From Octopus sinensis (taxonomy: Eukaryota): 64,000 nt of DNA. Under the pieces are notes generated by a model that did no database searches, was not told the origin of the DNA, and saw only the letters and a list, made by a program, of their open reading frames with translations. Location: NCBI RefSeq assembly GCF_006345805.1, contig NC_043006.1, positions 105,462,001 through 105,526,000 of the forward strand, given 5' to 3'. Below are positions 12,854 to 25,341 of this stretch, in pieces; the first letter of the stretch is position 1; the number at the start of each line of letters is the position of its first letter. Both the position numbers and the translations under genes were made by a program.

Positions 12854-13540
12854 TCTATATGTAAAACTCAACTTGTGTGTCTCTGTGTGTATATGTGTGT
12901 GTGTCTTTGTGTGTATCTGTGTGTGTGTCTGTGTGTTTAACTTCCCGGCACATCTCCTCCTAGCCAACAAATCGTAGAACCACCATAAATGGGTCACTTA
13001 AAGTTTAGGCGAATGAAATTTGAACTGCGCTATTTCTGTTCCGAAATTTATCTTGCAAGTGCAAAAATCGATAATGTGTTTGTTTAGGCCTTATCTCATG
13101 CATTGAATAGTGAACTTTACTCAGTCAGCTGTTTGACGTGAACTGTGTTCACCACGCGTCCAAGCATGCGTAAATTGCATGAAAAATAAAAAAAAATCAA
13201 GATATTAAAAACGAATCGCCGTAAACATTGTAGAAATTCGGCAAAGAAATGAATTTTCGGGATGTAGCCTGGAGGGTTTTTTCGTATTAATCGTTTGGAC
13301 TTTGTGAACACATACCAATTGTTTTCATAACATTTTTAACGCTTTGAATTAAATGTGACCATTTTGCGTTGAGTCTGCAGTTTGAGTCACTTTAACCAAA
13401 TTTTAGCAGGTCGGATTTTTGATCATCACGATACATCGCTAGCGACTCCCTGAAACTCTCCCCTGAAATCCCCGTTGAGAAATCTATATATATAAAACTC
13501 AACTTGTGTGTCTGTGTGTGTGTCTGTGTGTTTAACTTTT
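12854..13540 (+). mobile_element. Helitron-like non-autonomous element(s); two similar 5' ends at ~12854 and ~13484
   Basis: A|TCTATAT...AAAACTCAACTTGTGTGTC occurs twice; no clear 3' end. Confidence 0.55.
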
Positions 13541-13588
13541 GGATCTACCAAGTTTCATTATTAACGATGGAAAGTAGTGTGTAGCAAA

Positions 13589-13977
13589 TCTATATATATA
13601 AAGCTGAAGTTGTCTGTGTGTGACAGGTTTGGTAGCCTTCAACTAACACTATCTCCTCGAGACCCTGCAGCGCAAGTTGACCAAAATTGTGAGTATGATA
13701 GAAGAAGGCTTGCTCTTCATTCTGTAGAAGATAAAATTCAAATCGGACCATGTTAACACCAAAAATTATTTACATCAAAAAGGTGCTTTTTTTCTATGAA
13801 AATCCCTATTTTTTTACGATTTTTGACTGCTGTGCCACCATTTTTCGGTGTATTTCAACTGGAAAAATATTCACTTGAAGAGAATAACAAGTTGCATAAT
13901 GCAAAATTTTTGCTTTTCAAAAATTCCAATTCTAAAGGGTCGAAACAAACTCAAGCAACACCGGATGATACTGCTAG
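13589..13977 (+). mobile_element. Non-autonomous Helitron, complete
   Basis: A|TCTATATATATAAAGCTG...GATACTGCTAG|T (5' TC, 3' CTAG, inserted between A and T); homologous copy at 49176-49569. Confidence 0.85.
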
Positions 13978-14007
13978 TATATATATACACATAAACATAT
14001 TATTTTT

Positions 14008-14110
14008 GTAGTTTCAGCTCGGAACTACGCCCATGCTGGAGCACTGCCGTTTTGCTATACTGTTATTATTGAAGCGCAGGTCCTGGAATTTTTCAGCATT
14101 GAGCTACATA
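14008..14110 (-). mobile_element. CR1-like LINE extreme 3' end
   Basis: Minus strand GTGCTCCAGCATGGGCGTAGTTCCGAGCTGAAACTAC matches the LINE tail. Confidence 0.55.
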
Positions 14111-14184
14111 TTATTGTCCTCAGCCCAGGATAACACTATGTATTTTTGCCGCAAATTGCGCCTCACAGAGGCACTTCTCAAATA

Positions 14185-15268
14185 CAACCAGCGAAGATGA
14201 CTCAATAGTAATAAACAAAAGCGAATGCTGTGCCTTCAAAAGGGGGAAATAAAGCACTTGATGATTTTTGTGAACACATTACCAATTTTTCGTTCAATAC
14301 CCTACAAAAACGAGGAATTAAATCCAACCTTAACACAAATGAATGGAAAAACCAAACCGAATTAAGAAATGATATAAACATGACCATTAAAGAAGCCGAT
14401 AAAGGAAGTGCGATAGTAGTGATGGACACAGAGTACTATAAAAATTTAATAATCTTCACGTTGGAAAACACTATTTACTATGAGAAGATAATAAAATACA
14501 ACCCGCAGAAGACAATTGAAAATTTATCCTCCTTATTTTAAATACATGGAAAGGGCCTCATAAAAAAATGACTATTTATCCAATTTTTAATACAGACCAA
14601 GTCTATTCAACGGATTACCTAAAATACACAAAAATCTACATATTTCTAAAGCTTGCAAGGATTCTCCAAGCCTATGCATTCATGTTCCGCCCACCCCCTG
14701 GTCCTGCTTGTGAAACTCACCGTTTGAGCAATTTCCTCGACATCTTACTCAAACCGTTTCTAAAGTAAAGCTTCATCAGGGATGATTTAGAGATGTTTAA
14801 TCACCTCCCGAAGACAAGAAATGAAAGAAACCTGTCAGCATCATTCGATGTGGTGAACCTGTACACCAATATTATGGCAAAGAAGCAATTTCCTTCTGGG
14901 TAGAAAAATACCCAGAAGAGATCTCAGGACGCATCAACCACAGATTCATAAGCGCAGCAATGAACTCATCCTACTGAACAACTATTTCATGTTCGATTCA
15001 GTCTATTATCGACATAATGTGGAACTACAATGGGAACCTGAGATGCCCTAGTAATTACGAACCTTGTAATTACGAACCTAGAACTTACAATGTACCAATC
15101 ATCACCACAAAAATATGGCACCTCATTTCATTGCTATATAAAGATCTGGAAGAGGCATGTGGATGACTGCTTTATATTTTGGAAAGATAGCATAGACAAA
15201 CTCCTCAATTTCAAAACAATGCTCAACAATACCAATAGCAACAAACAATTCACCATGGAACACAGCAA
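14185..15268 (+). pseudogene. Penelope-like element reverse transcriptase, disrupted
   Basis: IKEADKGSAIVVMDTEYY; ETHRLSNFLDILLKPFL; SFDVVNLYTNI; GTTMGT; IWKRHVDDCFIFW (YxDD-equivalent); QFTME. These are typical PLE RT motifs, broken by frameshifts and stops. Confidence 0.85.
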
Positions 15269-15452
15269 TATATATGAACATATATTTATACACAAACACA
15301 CACACACACACATATATATACTATATATATATATGTATATATATATATAGATACATATATATACATACACATATATATGTATACATATATACATACACAT
15401 ATATATGTATACACATATACATACGCATATATGTATACAAATATATAGACAT

Positions 15453-15501
<49 letters not shown>

Positions 15502-15565
15502 ATTAATAGGTACATACGCATATATGCATACATATATGCATATATAAATACATCCATATATACAT

Positions 15566-16545
15566 AGATGACACAAAAGTCTCCCACGCAACGCAAAAAC
15601 CTGAAAATATGCGCATCTGCAACATGAGCTGGACACAATATACAGGTGGGCTGAGGACAACAACATGCAGTTTAATGCAGGTAAGTTCCAGGCCCTGCGC
15701 TACTGGCACACAAAGGTAAATGACGTGAAGACTGATACACTGGCCCAGGAAGAATTGCAATCCCTGAGTCAAAATCAGTGCGTGACCTGGGCATTGACAT
15801 GAGCAATGATGCATCTTTCCAAATGCATATTGCTTATCTGGTGATAAAATGCAGACGGCTAGCTGGATGGATTCTCCGAACTTTCAGAACAAGAGAGAAG
15901 AGACACTGATGGTCCTATGGAAAACATTTGTCCTCAGCCGCTTGGACTACTGCTCCCAACTTTGGTCACCACACAATATAAAAAAAACAGCAGAACTCGA
16001 AGCAACTCAGAGAAGCTACACAAAGAAAATCGTCTCAATGCAAAATGTCAGCTACTGGGAAAGACTGAAGGTATTAATCCTCTTCTCCCTGGAGCGGAGG
16101 CGGGAGAGATATGCAGTGATATACATCTGGAAAATCCTGGAGGGTCTTGTCCCAAACTTTGGCATTCAAAGTTACTCCAACCGCAGAAACGGGGCGCCGC
16201 TGCGTGGTGCCAAGGATTCTAACATCACCATCAAAATACAGGTCCAGATATACTGCAACAGCTTGGGTTCAGAGGACCACAGCTCTTAACATCCTCCCTA
16301 AATGCCTGAGAGACTTACATGGTGTGGATGTGGGTTTCTTTAAAACTAAACTGGATCTCTTCTTGTTGGGAGTCCCAGATGAACCTACCTCACGACAGGA
16401 GACACGGATGCGGGCAGCAGCATCGAACTCCCTTGTTGATCAAGTGCCACGTATCAGAGGTGGATTCACAAACTAGTGTAGCTCATTCAGCGGTGGTGCC
16501 CCAGCATGGCCGCGGCCTTCGGCTACAAACATTTTTAAGGATTTT
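15566..16545 (+). mobile_element. CR1-like LINE 3' portion (~1 kb), frameshifted ORF2
   Basis: LWKTFVLSRLDYCSQLWSPHN...LEATQRSYTKKI...SYWERLK...SLERRRERYAVIYIWKILEG; ends GGTGCCCCAGCATGGCCGCGGCCTTCGGCTACAAAC plus TTTTAAGGA repeats. Confidence 0.9.
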
Positions 16546-16563
16546 AAGGATTTTATATATATC

Positions 16564-16595
<32 letters not shown>

Positions 16596-16662
16596 AATAT
16601 GTATATGTGTGTATATATAGACATTTATATGTATATGCATATATGTGTGTATATATAAATAC

Positions 16663-16704
<42 letters not shown>

Positions 16705-16742
16705 AATACATTTATATACATATACATATATATTTACAAAAC

Positions 16743-16808
<66 letters not shown>

Positions 16809-17527
16809 GTATATATATATAGATATAATATATATATACAATATATATATATATATATATACATATATATATTATATATATATAGATATATATAGATATA
16901 TATATGTATTATCCATATATATATACATATATATATATATATGGATATACGACACACAACAAACAGAAACACAAACATAAACATACATACTCACACAAGC
17001 AGCATATATTACACGCATTTACATTGACCTCCGTGTATGTTCATATGTAAATGATCTGCGAATGATTTAAAATTGATAAAATTCTGGCGTCAGCTTGAGA
17101 ACTTTTGTCGTCACTCGATACTCTGTTCAGAATTTGATTCAAACCTCTAACTTTTAAGTTCGATTTTAATATCTTAATTCTTTGTTTCATTGTGAACATC
17201 GCTTCCAGGTTTTCATGCTCTCTCTGTCTCTACCCCACTTTCACGCAGATACTCATTCATATGTATGTGTACGTACATATATATATAAATGTATATAAAA
17301 GATATATATATATATATATAATAGTACATAATATATATATATATATATAATATATATATAATATATATATATATACATATACATGTACATAGATATATAT
17401 ATATAGATATGCATGTATAAATTATCTCACTTGTTTCAGTCATTTGACAGCGGCTGTGCTGGAGTACTGCCTTTTGTCGAACAAATCGACACAGAACTTA
17501 TAAGCCTAGTATTCATATATTTGGTGT

Positions 17528-17595
17528 TTTCCAAATAAGGCCAGTGATATACAAGGATTATAAAATCTCCGTATATCACTGGCCTGATTTGGAAA
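17528..17595. repeat. 68-nt near-perfect hairpin
   Basis: TTTCCAAATAAGGCCAGTGATATAC...GTATATCACTGGCCTGATTTGGAAA, with inner GGATT/AATCT around an ATAA loop. Confidence 0.85.
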
Positions 17596-17889
17596 TCTTG
17601 GAAGATTGGCAATCGCATCGTAGAAACGGCTGTAAGAATTTAGTATTTCTTCATTCATTTCGTCTTTTTTGTTTCCAGTACCTATCTATTTACTTCTTTA
17701 ATTAATGTACCTACGTATATACCAGCTTATGTATTTATTTGGCTATGTATTTAGTTGCTTACTTCATTCGTTTATTTGGATCACTCATACATATGAATGT
17801 AGTCAATTAATCAATTAATAAATAGGTATAATTGAAGATTAACACGGTGTTGTTTGTCCATTGTTTACCTTCTCCAGTTTTTTATTGCC

Positions 17890-17922
<33 letters not shown>

Positions 17923-18049
17923 TATATAAATGCTCGAACAATACACATTTTCGAACAGGAATACACAATTAATTAATTAATTAATTAATAATTAATAATT
18001 TTACCAAGTAGCATTCGGCATGTTAAAAGGACCATTTACGGTAAACTTA

Positions 18050-18087
<38 letters not shown>

Positions 18088-18113
18088 TATATGTACATAT
18101 ATATACACATATA

Positions 18114-18147
<34 letters not shown>

Positions 18148-18329
18148 CATACATACATACATACATATATACATCCATACATATATACATACATATATAC
18201 ATACATATATACAAACATATATATATATATATATATATATATGCAAACATATATAATATATATATATATATATATGAAGTTCAATATATATATGTATATA
18301 TAAATCTAAAATATTTACCTGGTGGAATT

Positions 18330-18480
18330 TACCTAGAAGCGTTTTCATGTTAACTTTTCCTCATTTTCAATGTTGTTGTTGTTGGTAGCCCATGTTTCTG
18401 GTGCATACGAAATGGCAGGTAGCACACACTGATTGAAGACCTCTCTTTTGAGACTCCTGGACAAATCACTGCTCATCAAA
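18330..18480 (-). pseudogene. RTE-clade LINE fragment
   Basis: SLKREVFNQCVLPAISYAPETW resembles the RTE motif LKxKVFNQCVLPxMTYGxETW. Confidence 0.7.
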
Positions 18481-19369
18481 TGATTGTGATAGACACGGCA
18501 TATTTCTCTGGCGTCCATGCACATCCCCATTTTGTTCAACCACCAGATTAACTTCGGGCTTATGAAAGGAAAGTGTTATATTACTGAGAACTTATAAAAC
18601 AAGGGCCAACTAAAAGCTTGGAAACAAGCATAAACCTTTAGAAAAGGGGTTAATGTTCGCAGTTTTGAGGACTTCAAGTTTCGCTTGACGGCATATTTGA
18701 TAAATATATCATTAGGCGAAATTTTCCGTTAACACGATCTACACTGATTCATGCCTATACTTATTTATATACATATGTACACTCACACATAGATATGTGC
18801 GCAAATAAAAGCGTTAAGTACAGGCGAAAAATACACACAAGTAATATCTACCGCTGAAAATGCACACACATGTACACTCACACTTAGACACCCCTATACA
18901 GAAAGTCTCACACACATATACTCACAAACTCATACATCTCCCAATCCCTTCTCCTGCGGAAGTAAATAAATCAATTGAGCTAAGCAAAGAAGACAAAAAC
19001 GAAATCAACAGGAAACTACTAAAACTCTACCGAAGCACACCTACAGCCACCCAGCCACCCAGAACAATCAGTGAAGGTAAAGATTCGTGAGGCAGGTTGG
19101 TCTATTTTAATTCTATTCCCTACTCCGTTTGTTGTGATCTGTTTTTAGGGGTGGTAGTGGTGGTGATGGCGATAGTTCTGTTTGAAATCGGAACCCCTTT
19201 ATTTGTTCGAATTCAAAAAAGACTTCGTACTTTTTCTTTGTTTTTTTCCTTGAATTTTTCGGGTTATTATTTTTTTTAAGTGTTATGTCTCCTTTCCTAT
19301 ACTTGTTGCATGAAAATAAATCTAGGAATTTTATTCAAACATTACAGCTGTTTGGTCCTTGATCTCTCT

Positions 19370-19405
<36 letters not shown>

Positions 19406-19524
19406 ATCTCTCTGTATATATAATATATATATATATATATAGATAATATAATGCAATATAATATAAATACTATATATATATAGGCATATATGCATACGTA
19501 TACGTACATACATCTATACGAGTG

Positions 19525-19570
<46 letters not shown>

Positions 19571-20201
19571 GCATGTGTGGGCAGAGGATGTCAAAAAACG
19601 TGTACAACAAAAAATACGAAGTACGAGTCCATGGAATATGAACTATTTTTTCAAACAACAAAAGAGATAAATGGAAAACAAAACAAACAACACAAAGAAC
19701 TACCCTTCATCAGTTGTTGGCTGTTTTTCTACTCTCGTAATTCGAGCATTTAACAACAATATTCGCTTTCGATAAAATAGTTGCTCCCGCAAAGCAAATT
19801 AGATAAAATTTGGAATTTTGCGGAGGTCAAAATTGGTAGCACAAACAGGACAGTGAAAGCAAACAGGAAGGGCTGCAAATCTAAACAATGTTCTAGTGAC
19901 GAACGCGTAAATCAAGCTCGGACAGGAGACAGACAAGAAAACATCTTTGTTCCATCTACAACGGAGGGAAAGAAACACAAGTTAGGAGAAGAAAGATGGC
20001 CGATGGTCACGTAGGGGCCACGTGAGCAAGGGAGAAATAAGGGAGAGAGAGGACAGAGTAATAGGTTAGAATACTGGTAGAAGAGGAGGTGAAAGAATAA
20101 GAGACAGAGAGAGAAAAACGAAAGAGTGCGCATTAGAATTATTAAGATATATAACACACACATACATATATTTGCACACACACATAGATAGATAGATATA
20201 C

Positions 20202-20280
<79 letters not shown>

Positions 20281-20479
20281 AGGATACATACATACATACA
20301 TAGCCATGTAGAAATATATCCATATACGTATATATATATGAGCATGTATACGCACACACACATGTAGGCATTAGATACATATCACATACATACATACATA
20401 CAAACATACATGTCAAAAGCTATAGGGCCTTAGCATGCTTGAATTTTATGTACAAACTATACACAGGTTATTTTGATAT

Positions 20480-20642
20480 GTTTCTCCAAGACCATTGCCA
20501 AACAAATGGTATGATACCTGAAGAACAGACAGGAGGAAAGTAAGGAGTCCGGGGCTTCTCAACAAAGCTGTCCTTAAGATAGCCAAGCAGCTTCACCATA
20601 ATCTCCTAACAATTATGGCTAGATTACAAGAAGGCATTCAAC
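20480..20642 (+). pseudogene. R4/Dong-like (site-specific clade) non-LTR RT fragment
   Basis: FLQDHCQTNGMIPEEQTGGK*GV, LLNKAVLKIAK and LDYKKAFN in shifting frames. Confidence 0.65.
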
Positions 20643-20779
20643 ACGAATCGCTACACCTTGCCAAAGTAGCAACTGAGATCGGTAGGATTTTAACGCAGAT
20701 TGTAATGGACCTGAAGAAATCCCGCTTAGCACTTTGCCCTTAACGCTAACGATTCTGCCATCGCACGACCTTATTTGTG

Positions 20780-20869
20780 CACCCGCAGAGTGACTTGAAT
20801 CCGCGACTTTCAGATCAACCACAAAAGTAACGCATGAAAGTGATGCTTTACCGACTGAGCCATGAGGGC
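20780..20869 (-). pseudogene. tRNA-Met(CAT)-like pseudogene with an insert at the canonical intron position
   Basis: GCCCTCA TG GCTCAGTCGGTAAAGC A TCACT TTCATG [~17 nt] ATCTGA AAGTC GCGGATTCAAGTCACTC TGCGGGT; acceptor stem pairs 6/7, T arm degenerate. Confidence 0.55.
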
Positions 20870-20919
20870 GGTCTTAATGGTTCCGTATGCTGAATCGAGG
20901 CCTGCAGTTTTAGATGGCG

Positions 20920-21400
20920 GAATCAAGTACTGGGATTGGTTATCTCCAGACCATTAGTTAACTGATACTTTATTTTATTGACTCCAGAAGGATGAGCAGC
21001 AGACATCGACAGATAAATAATGATTTCAAATCTCAGTACAGGGTCAGCAATTCCAGGGGAGGGGACAAGTCAATTCCATCGACACTAACTGGTACTTATT
21101 TTATAGAGAGGGTGAATGACAAAGTCGACCTGGGCGGAATTTGAAATCAGAATGTAAAGAGGGACGGAATGCAGCTAAGCATTTTGCCCGGTGTGTTAAC
21201 GATTCTGCCAGCTCCTTATTGGCGGATAAATAATAGTAACTTTGTTTCTAAATTAGGCACACAACCAGAATTTTTGATGACAAATTGTTATTCGATATCA
21301 ACGACCCAATACTTGACTGATGCTATATTTTATTGACCTCAGAAAAATGAAAGTCAATGTTAGCCGTAGCGAGGTTTAAATGTAGAACGTAGGGACACGA
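20920..21400 (-). mobile_element. Cluster of old SINE family B fragments
   Basis: Repeated AACTGGTACTTATTTTAT...AAAGTCGACC...GGAATTTGAA segments. Confidence 0.7.
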
Positions 21401-21450
21401 ATCGGCACTAGCTAAATACAGAGGTCTCCATGTATCTACGTAACGATATG

Positions 21451-21890
21451 AAGGGGAGGTAATCTAGTTTTACCAAATCTAGTTTTTATTAATGATGTAA
21501 GGGGCTCCACAATATCGTCTGTTTTTAATCTGATGTTCTTACCGTGCACACCCGTTAGGGTTAGTGTTAGGGTCATGATTTAGGGTAAGGGTTAATGTTA
21601 GTTTTAGGGTTAGGGTTAGTGTTTAAGATTGGTTTAGGGTTAGGGTTAGTGTTTAGGATTGGTTTAGGGTTAGGTTTAGTGCTTGGGGCTATGATTTAAG
21701 GTTAGAGTTAGAGTTTAGGGTTAGTTTCAGATTTAGGGTTACGTAGAAAACGGGTGATGTACATATTCTTTACTTCCGCCAGTTAGAGTTAAGGGTAGGT
21801 TGGTTAGGGTTAGTTTTTAGTTTCGACTTACACAAAGACCGCTTATGTGAAGTCACAGAAGTTTTTGGTAAAACTCGATTACCTCCCCTT
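21451..21890. mobile_element. Non-autonomous TIR element (possibly Kolobok-like) containing degenerate TTAGGG repeats
   Basis: Left AAGGGGAGGTAATCTAGTTTTACCAAA versus right TTTGGTAAAACTCGATTACCTCCCCTT (27 bp, one mismatch); internal GGTTAG/TTAGGG arrays at ~21555-21815. Confidence 0.75.
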
Positions 21891-21999
21891 TAGATGTGTT
21901 GAATCCTCTGTAATTTAAGTCATACCCACGAATCAAATATTACTAAACCGTTTCCACTGTGAGTCTCGGCCTCATACCAACCTGATGCTCTTTGAAGTA

Positions 22000-22925
22000 T
22001 TGTTTCCAGTTGAAGCACATCGTCAGCAATTTTGAGAGCAAAGCGTTAGTCGATACTATCTGTTCCAGAACCTGTCTGGTACTTTACATTAGTCCCGGAA
22101 GGATGAAAATCAAAAGTCATCTTCGGCGAGATTTGAACTTAGGGCATAGAGAACCGAAAGAGGTACTACTCCTGGCTAGATGTCTTAATTATATTGATTT
22201 CAGACTTAGTCACAGGACTAGCACTTTCGGGAATAAGGGTTAGCAAATTCCATTGACTTTCAGTACTTGATTAGGACTTCATTTTATCGATTCCGAACGA
22301 GTGAAAGGCAAACTTGATCTCGGCCGAATGTGAACTCAAAACATAAAGTCAGAATAAATACCGCACGACCGCTGGTTTATTCTACGTGTCTACCTTAATA
22401 ATGGGGTCAAACTTTGACAAAGGGCAGTATTTTCAGGGAACGGGTGAGTTAATTGCATCGACCCAAGTCCCCAACTGTCTACTACGAGACTAGTCAGTTG
22501 CATCGACTCCAGTGTTCAACTAGCACTTACATTATTGACCCCGAAAGGATGAAAGGCACAGTCGATCTGGCTGGAATGTGAACTCAGAACGTAGACAGGC
22601 TAAACTTACAGTACGGCATGCCAATGATTCGCCCACCTCGCGCCCTTTTAACCATCTAACAACCTTGATAATAGCTTCAGATTTTAGCACAAGGCCAGCA
22701 ATTCTAGTCAAGAGGTTAACTCGATTCCATCAACTCCAGTGCACAACTGATGTATGTTTTATCGACGCCGAAACGATGAAACGCAAAGTCGGCCCCGACA
22801 GAATTTAGGCTCAGAAGGTAAAGACGGACGAAATGTCGGAAATCATTTTGACGGCTGTTTTAACTACCTTAGTAATAATAACAACAATTGCTTCTGATAT
22901 AGGTTCAAAGCCAAGAATTTTGAGG
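22000..22925 (-). mobile_element. Head-to-tail array of at least four old SINE family B copies
   Basis: Degenerate GAAAGGATGAAAGGCAAAGTCGA...GAACTCAGAA cores at ~22100, ~22300, ~22545 and ~22775. Confidence 0.7.
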
Positions 22926-23997
22926 GGATATATTAGTTTTAAAAATGCCTATGTAGTGAATAAAACAAAGGATAAGCTGAGTCGATTGTTTTGAAGATCC
23001 AGACTTGAATAAAGATTATATTTGTACTGAAACTTAAGTATATTTGTATGTACTATGGTGTATTAGTAACAAAGGATAGGGAGACACTTTCAGCAATGGA
23101 TGTGAACGCTATTTTCAGTGTCCACGAAAGCGAGGAAATTTGTGTTATAGTACAAAAGATAAATGGAAACCAAAAGAAAATCATATTTAGATTTCAAAAA
23201 CAAACAAACCAAAAACATACAATTTACCATTTCGATCTACGTGGGTATTCTAGTAGAAGGATTCAGCTTCAGTTTAAATTCTTTGAAAATGAAAAAGGAA
23301 AAAAATGGCAGAGACGGGAAGAGGGAATGATTTAAATTTTTGTTGTTGTTGTGGAACTGTTGGACAATTTTAATTAATGCTAGCGATTCTGGTTTCGATT
23401 TCTTTTAGTTAATTTTTTTTTTTTTTGTTATTCCACCATCTCTTCATGCAAAGAATATTCTTATGCAATTCGAGAAGATTGGTGAAAGCTGAAGATATCC
23501 ATTTCATAGACACAGAATTGTAATTTCAAAAATGGTAATTTCAAAAGAATTTCCAGTCAAACTGGAGTCTTAGGATTTAATATATAATCAATAACTTAGA
23601 AAACAACACTTATAGCAGCTGAGATGTGTGATAGAGAAATATTAGCATAAGAACATAAAGATATTTTATTGCATTTCTCAAGACGTTGAGTGGAAATAAC
23701 CCTAGCAGTGGTTTTACTTATTTTATCTATCGGAGTTGTGTTCAAATCTTGTCTCGTAAACTTACTTAATGTAGATACCAGCTGCATGTCGGGGTCAGAT
23801 CAGTCCAATCTATTCCTCGTAAGTGTTAGTAAATGTGGTCGGATTGACCTGAAAATTTGCACAGCTATGTTAAAAGTGGTAGGGAGTTTGCATGGCAATT
23901 GAAAGGCGTGGCACCTAGGGTAAAATTCCTCATCTTTAAAATATGACCTGAGTAGATCCGAATGAAATCGGGTTAAAATACTAATACATATATAAAT

Positions 23998-24084
23998 AGG
24001 CGCAGGGGTGGCTGTGTGGTAAGAAGCTTGGTTCTTAACACCATGGTTCATAGTTCAGTCCCAGTGTGTGGCACCTTGGGCAAG

Positions 24085-24116
<32 letters not shown>

Positions 24117-24280
24117 AATGACGGACTTCTTTCAGTTTCTGTCAACAAAATATTCTCACGAGGCTTTGGTCAGGCCGGGGCTACAGCAGAAGATATTTGC
24201 TCAAGGTGCCATGCAATGGGACTGAACTGAAAACCATTTGGTTGGGAAGCAAACGGTTGACCCATACAGTCACGCCTACG
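23998..24280. mobile_element. Two SINE family A 5' halves in inverted orientation
   Basis: Plus-strand head from 23998 to CACCTTGGGCAAG; minus-strand head at 24120-24280. Confidence 0.75.
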
Positions 24281-25252
24281 CTTCGGGAAGACAATTTTGT
24301 TTTGTTTTATGTTTTTCATTGTTTCAAATCTGAATTTGTATATACTTCTAAAATATTCAGCTATTATGAAAGACTATTAATCTTCAGAAAATTTGAAATA
24401 TATAAGGCATTATAAAATTTTACAGTCCGATTATGCACTATAGTGCATAAAGCCCACGTATTTTAGACTTATAAACCAATCTAAATGTAACACAGGACGC
24501 TTCCGTGGTATCTGAAATTGTGTACCATCTTTTAGAAGGTAAGACGACAGCGTTTCAAATGCACACATGCGTACACACACACACACACACACACACAAGC
24601 ATATATATGTTTCATTTTAGATATTCTTTGTGTTGGGATAGTAAGATCGTATTGTTTTAAGGCGACATAAATTTATTTTGGAGAGTTTTTACATTCTTGA
24701 CGTGAGTCTAAACTTAGAAAGCAAATTCTGTCCAGCAAACTAAATTCCTTCACTAAATTCTTTCTAAAAGAGGCACAATGCCTGAAATTTTGTGGGAAGG
24801 AATTAATAGATTACATCGACCTCAATACCTGACTGGTCCTTTATTTTATCACTCTTGAAAGGGTGAAATGCACATTTTTACCTAGGCAGGATTTGAACTC
24901 AGAAGAAATGCTGCTAAGCATTTGGTTCGACTCGCAGCCTTCATTCTTTTATTAAGTCAAATGTTAAATCCTTAGTCTTAAACCAGAAGTGAACCATCTC
25001 CAGTAAGATTTCCAATAATCGCATCTTTTTACTTCGACAATGTTCTACACTCTTGCAGCAGAAATTTAGATAATGCATGTTCAGTTGGATGAACGTGATT
25101 TATTGAAAATTAAAAATACTTTTGTTTTGGCCAGTTCGTCAGGTACGAAGATCTCTTCACTGACCAGTCATGAAATAATATTCTAAATATGACTTTATTT
25201 ATATGAACACAAAATAATTTCACTGATGCATTATTGCCTGCCTATTACCAGA

Positions 25253-25341
<89 letters not shown>

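Noticed and set aside
19700-19750. Minus-strand CTGATGAAG half hammerhead core
   Set aside because: No downstream GAAA with closing stems; possibly a PLE tail but not a supportable ribozyme
21555-21815. Telomere fusion site
   Set aside because: Repeats are in one orientation, degenerate and enclosed by TIRs
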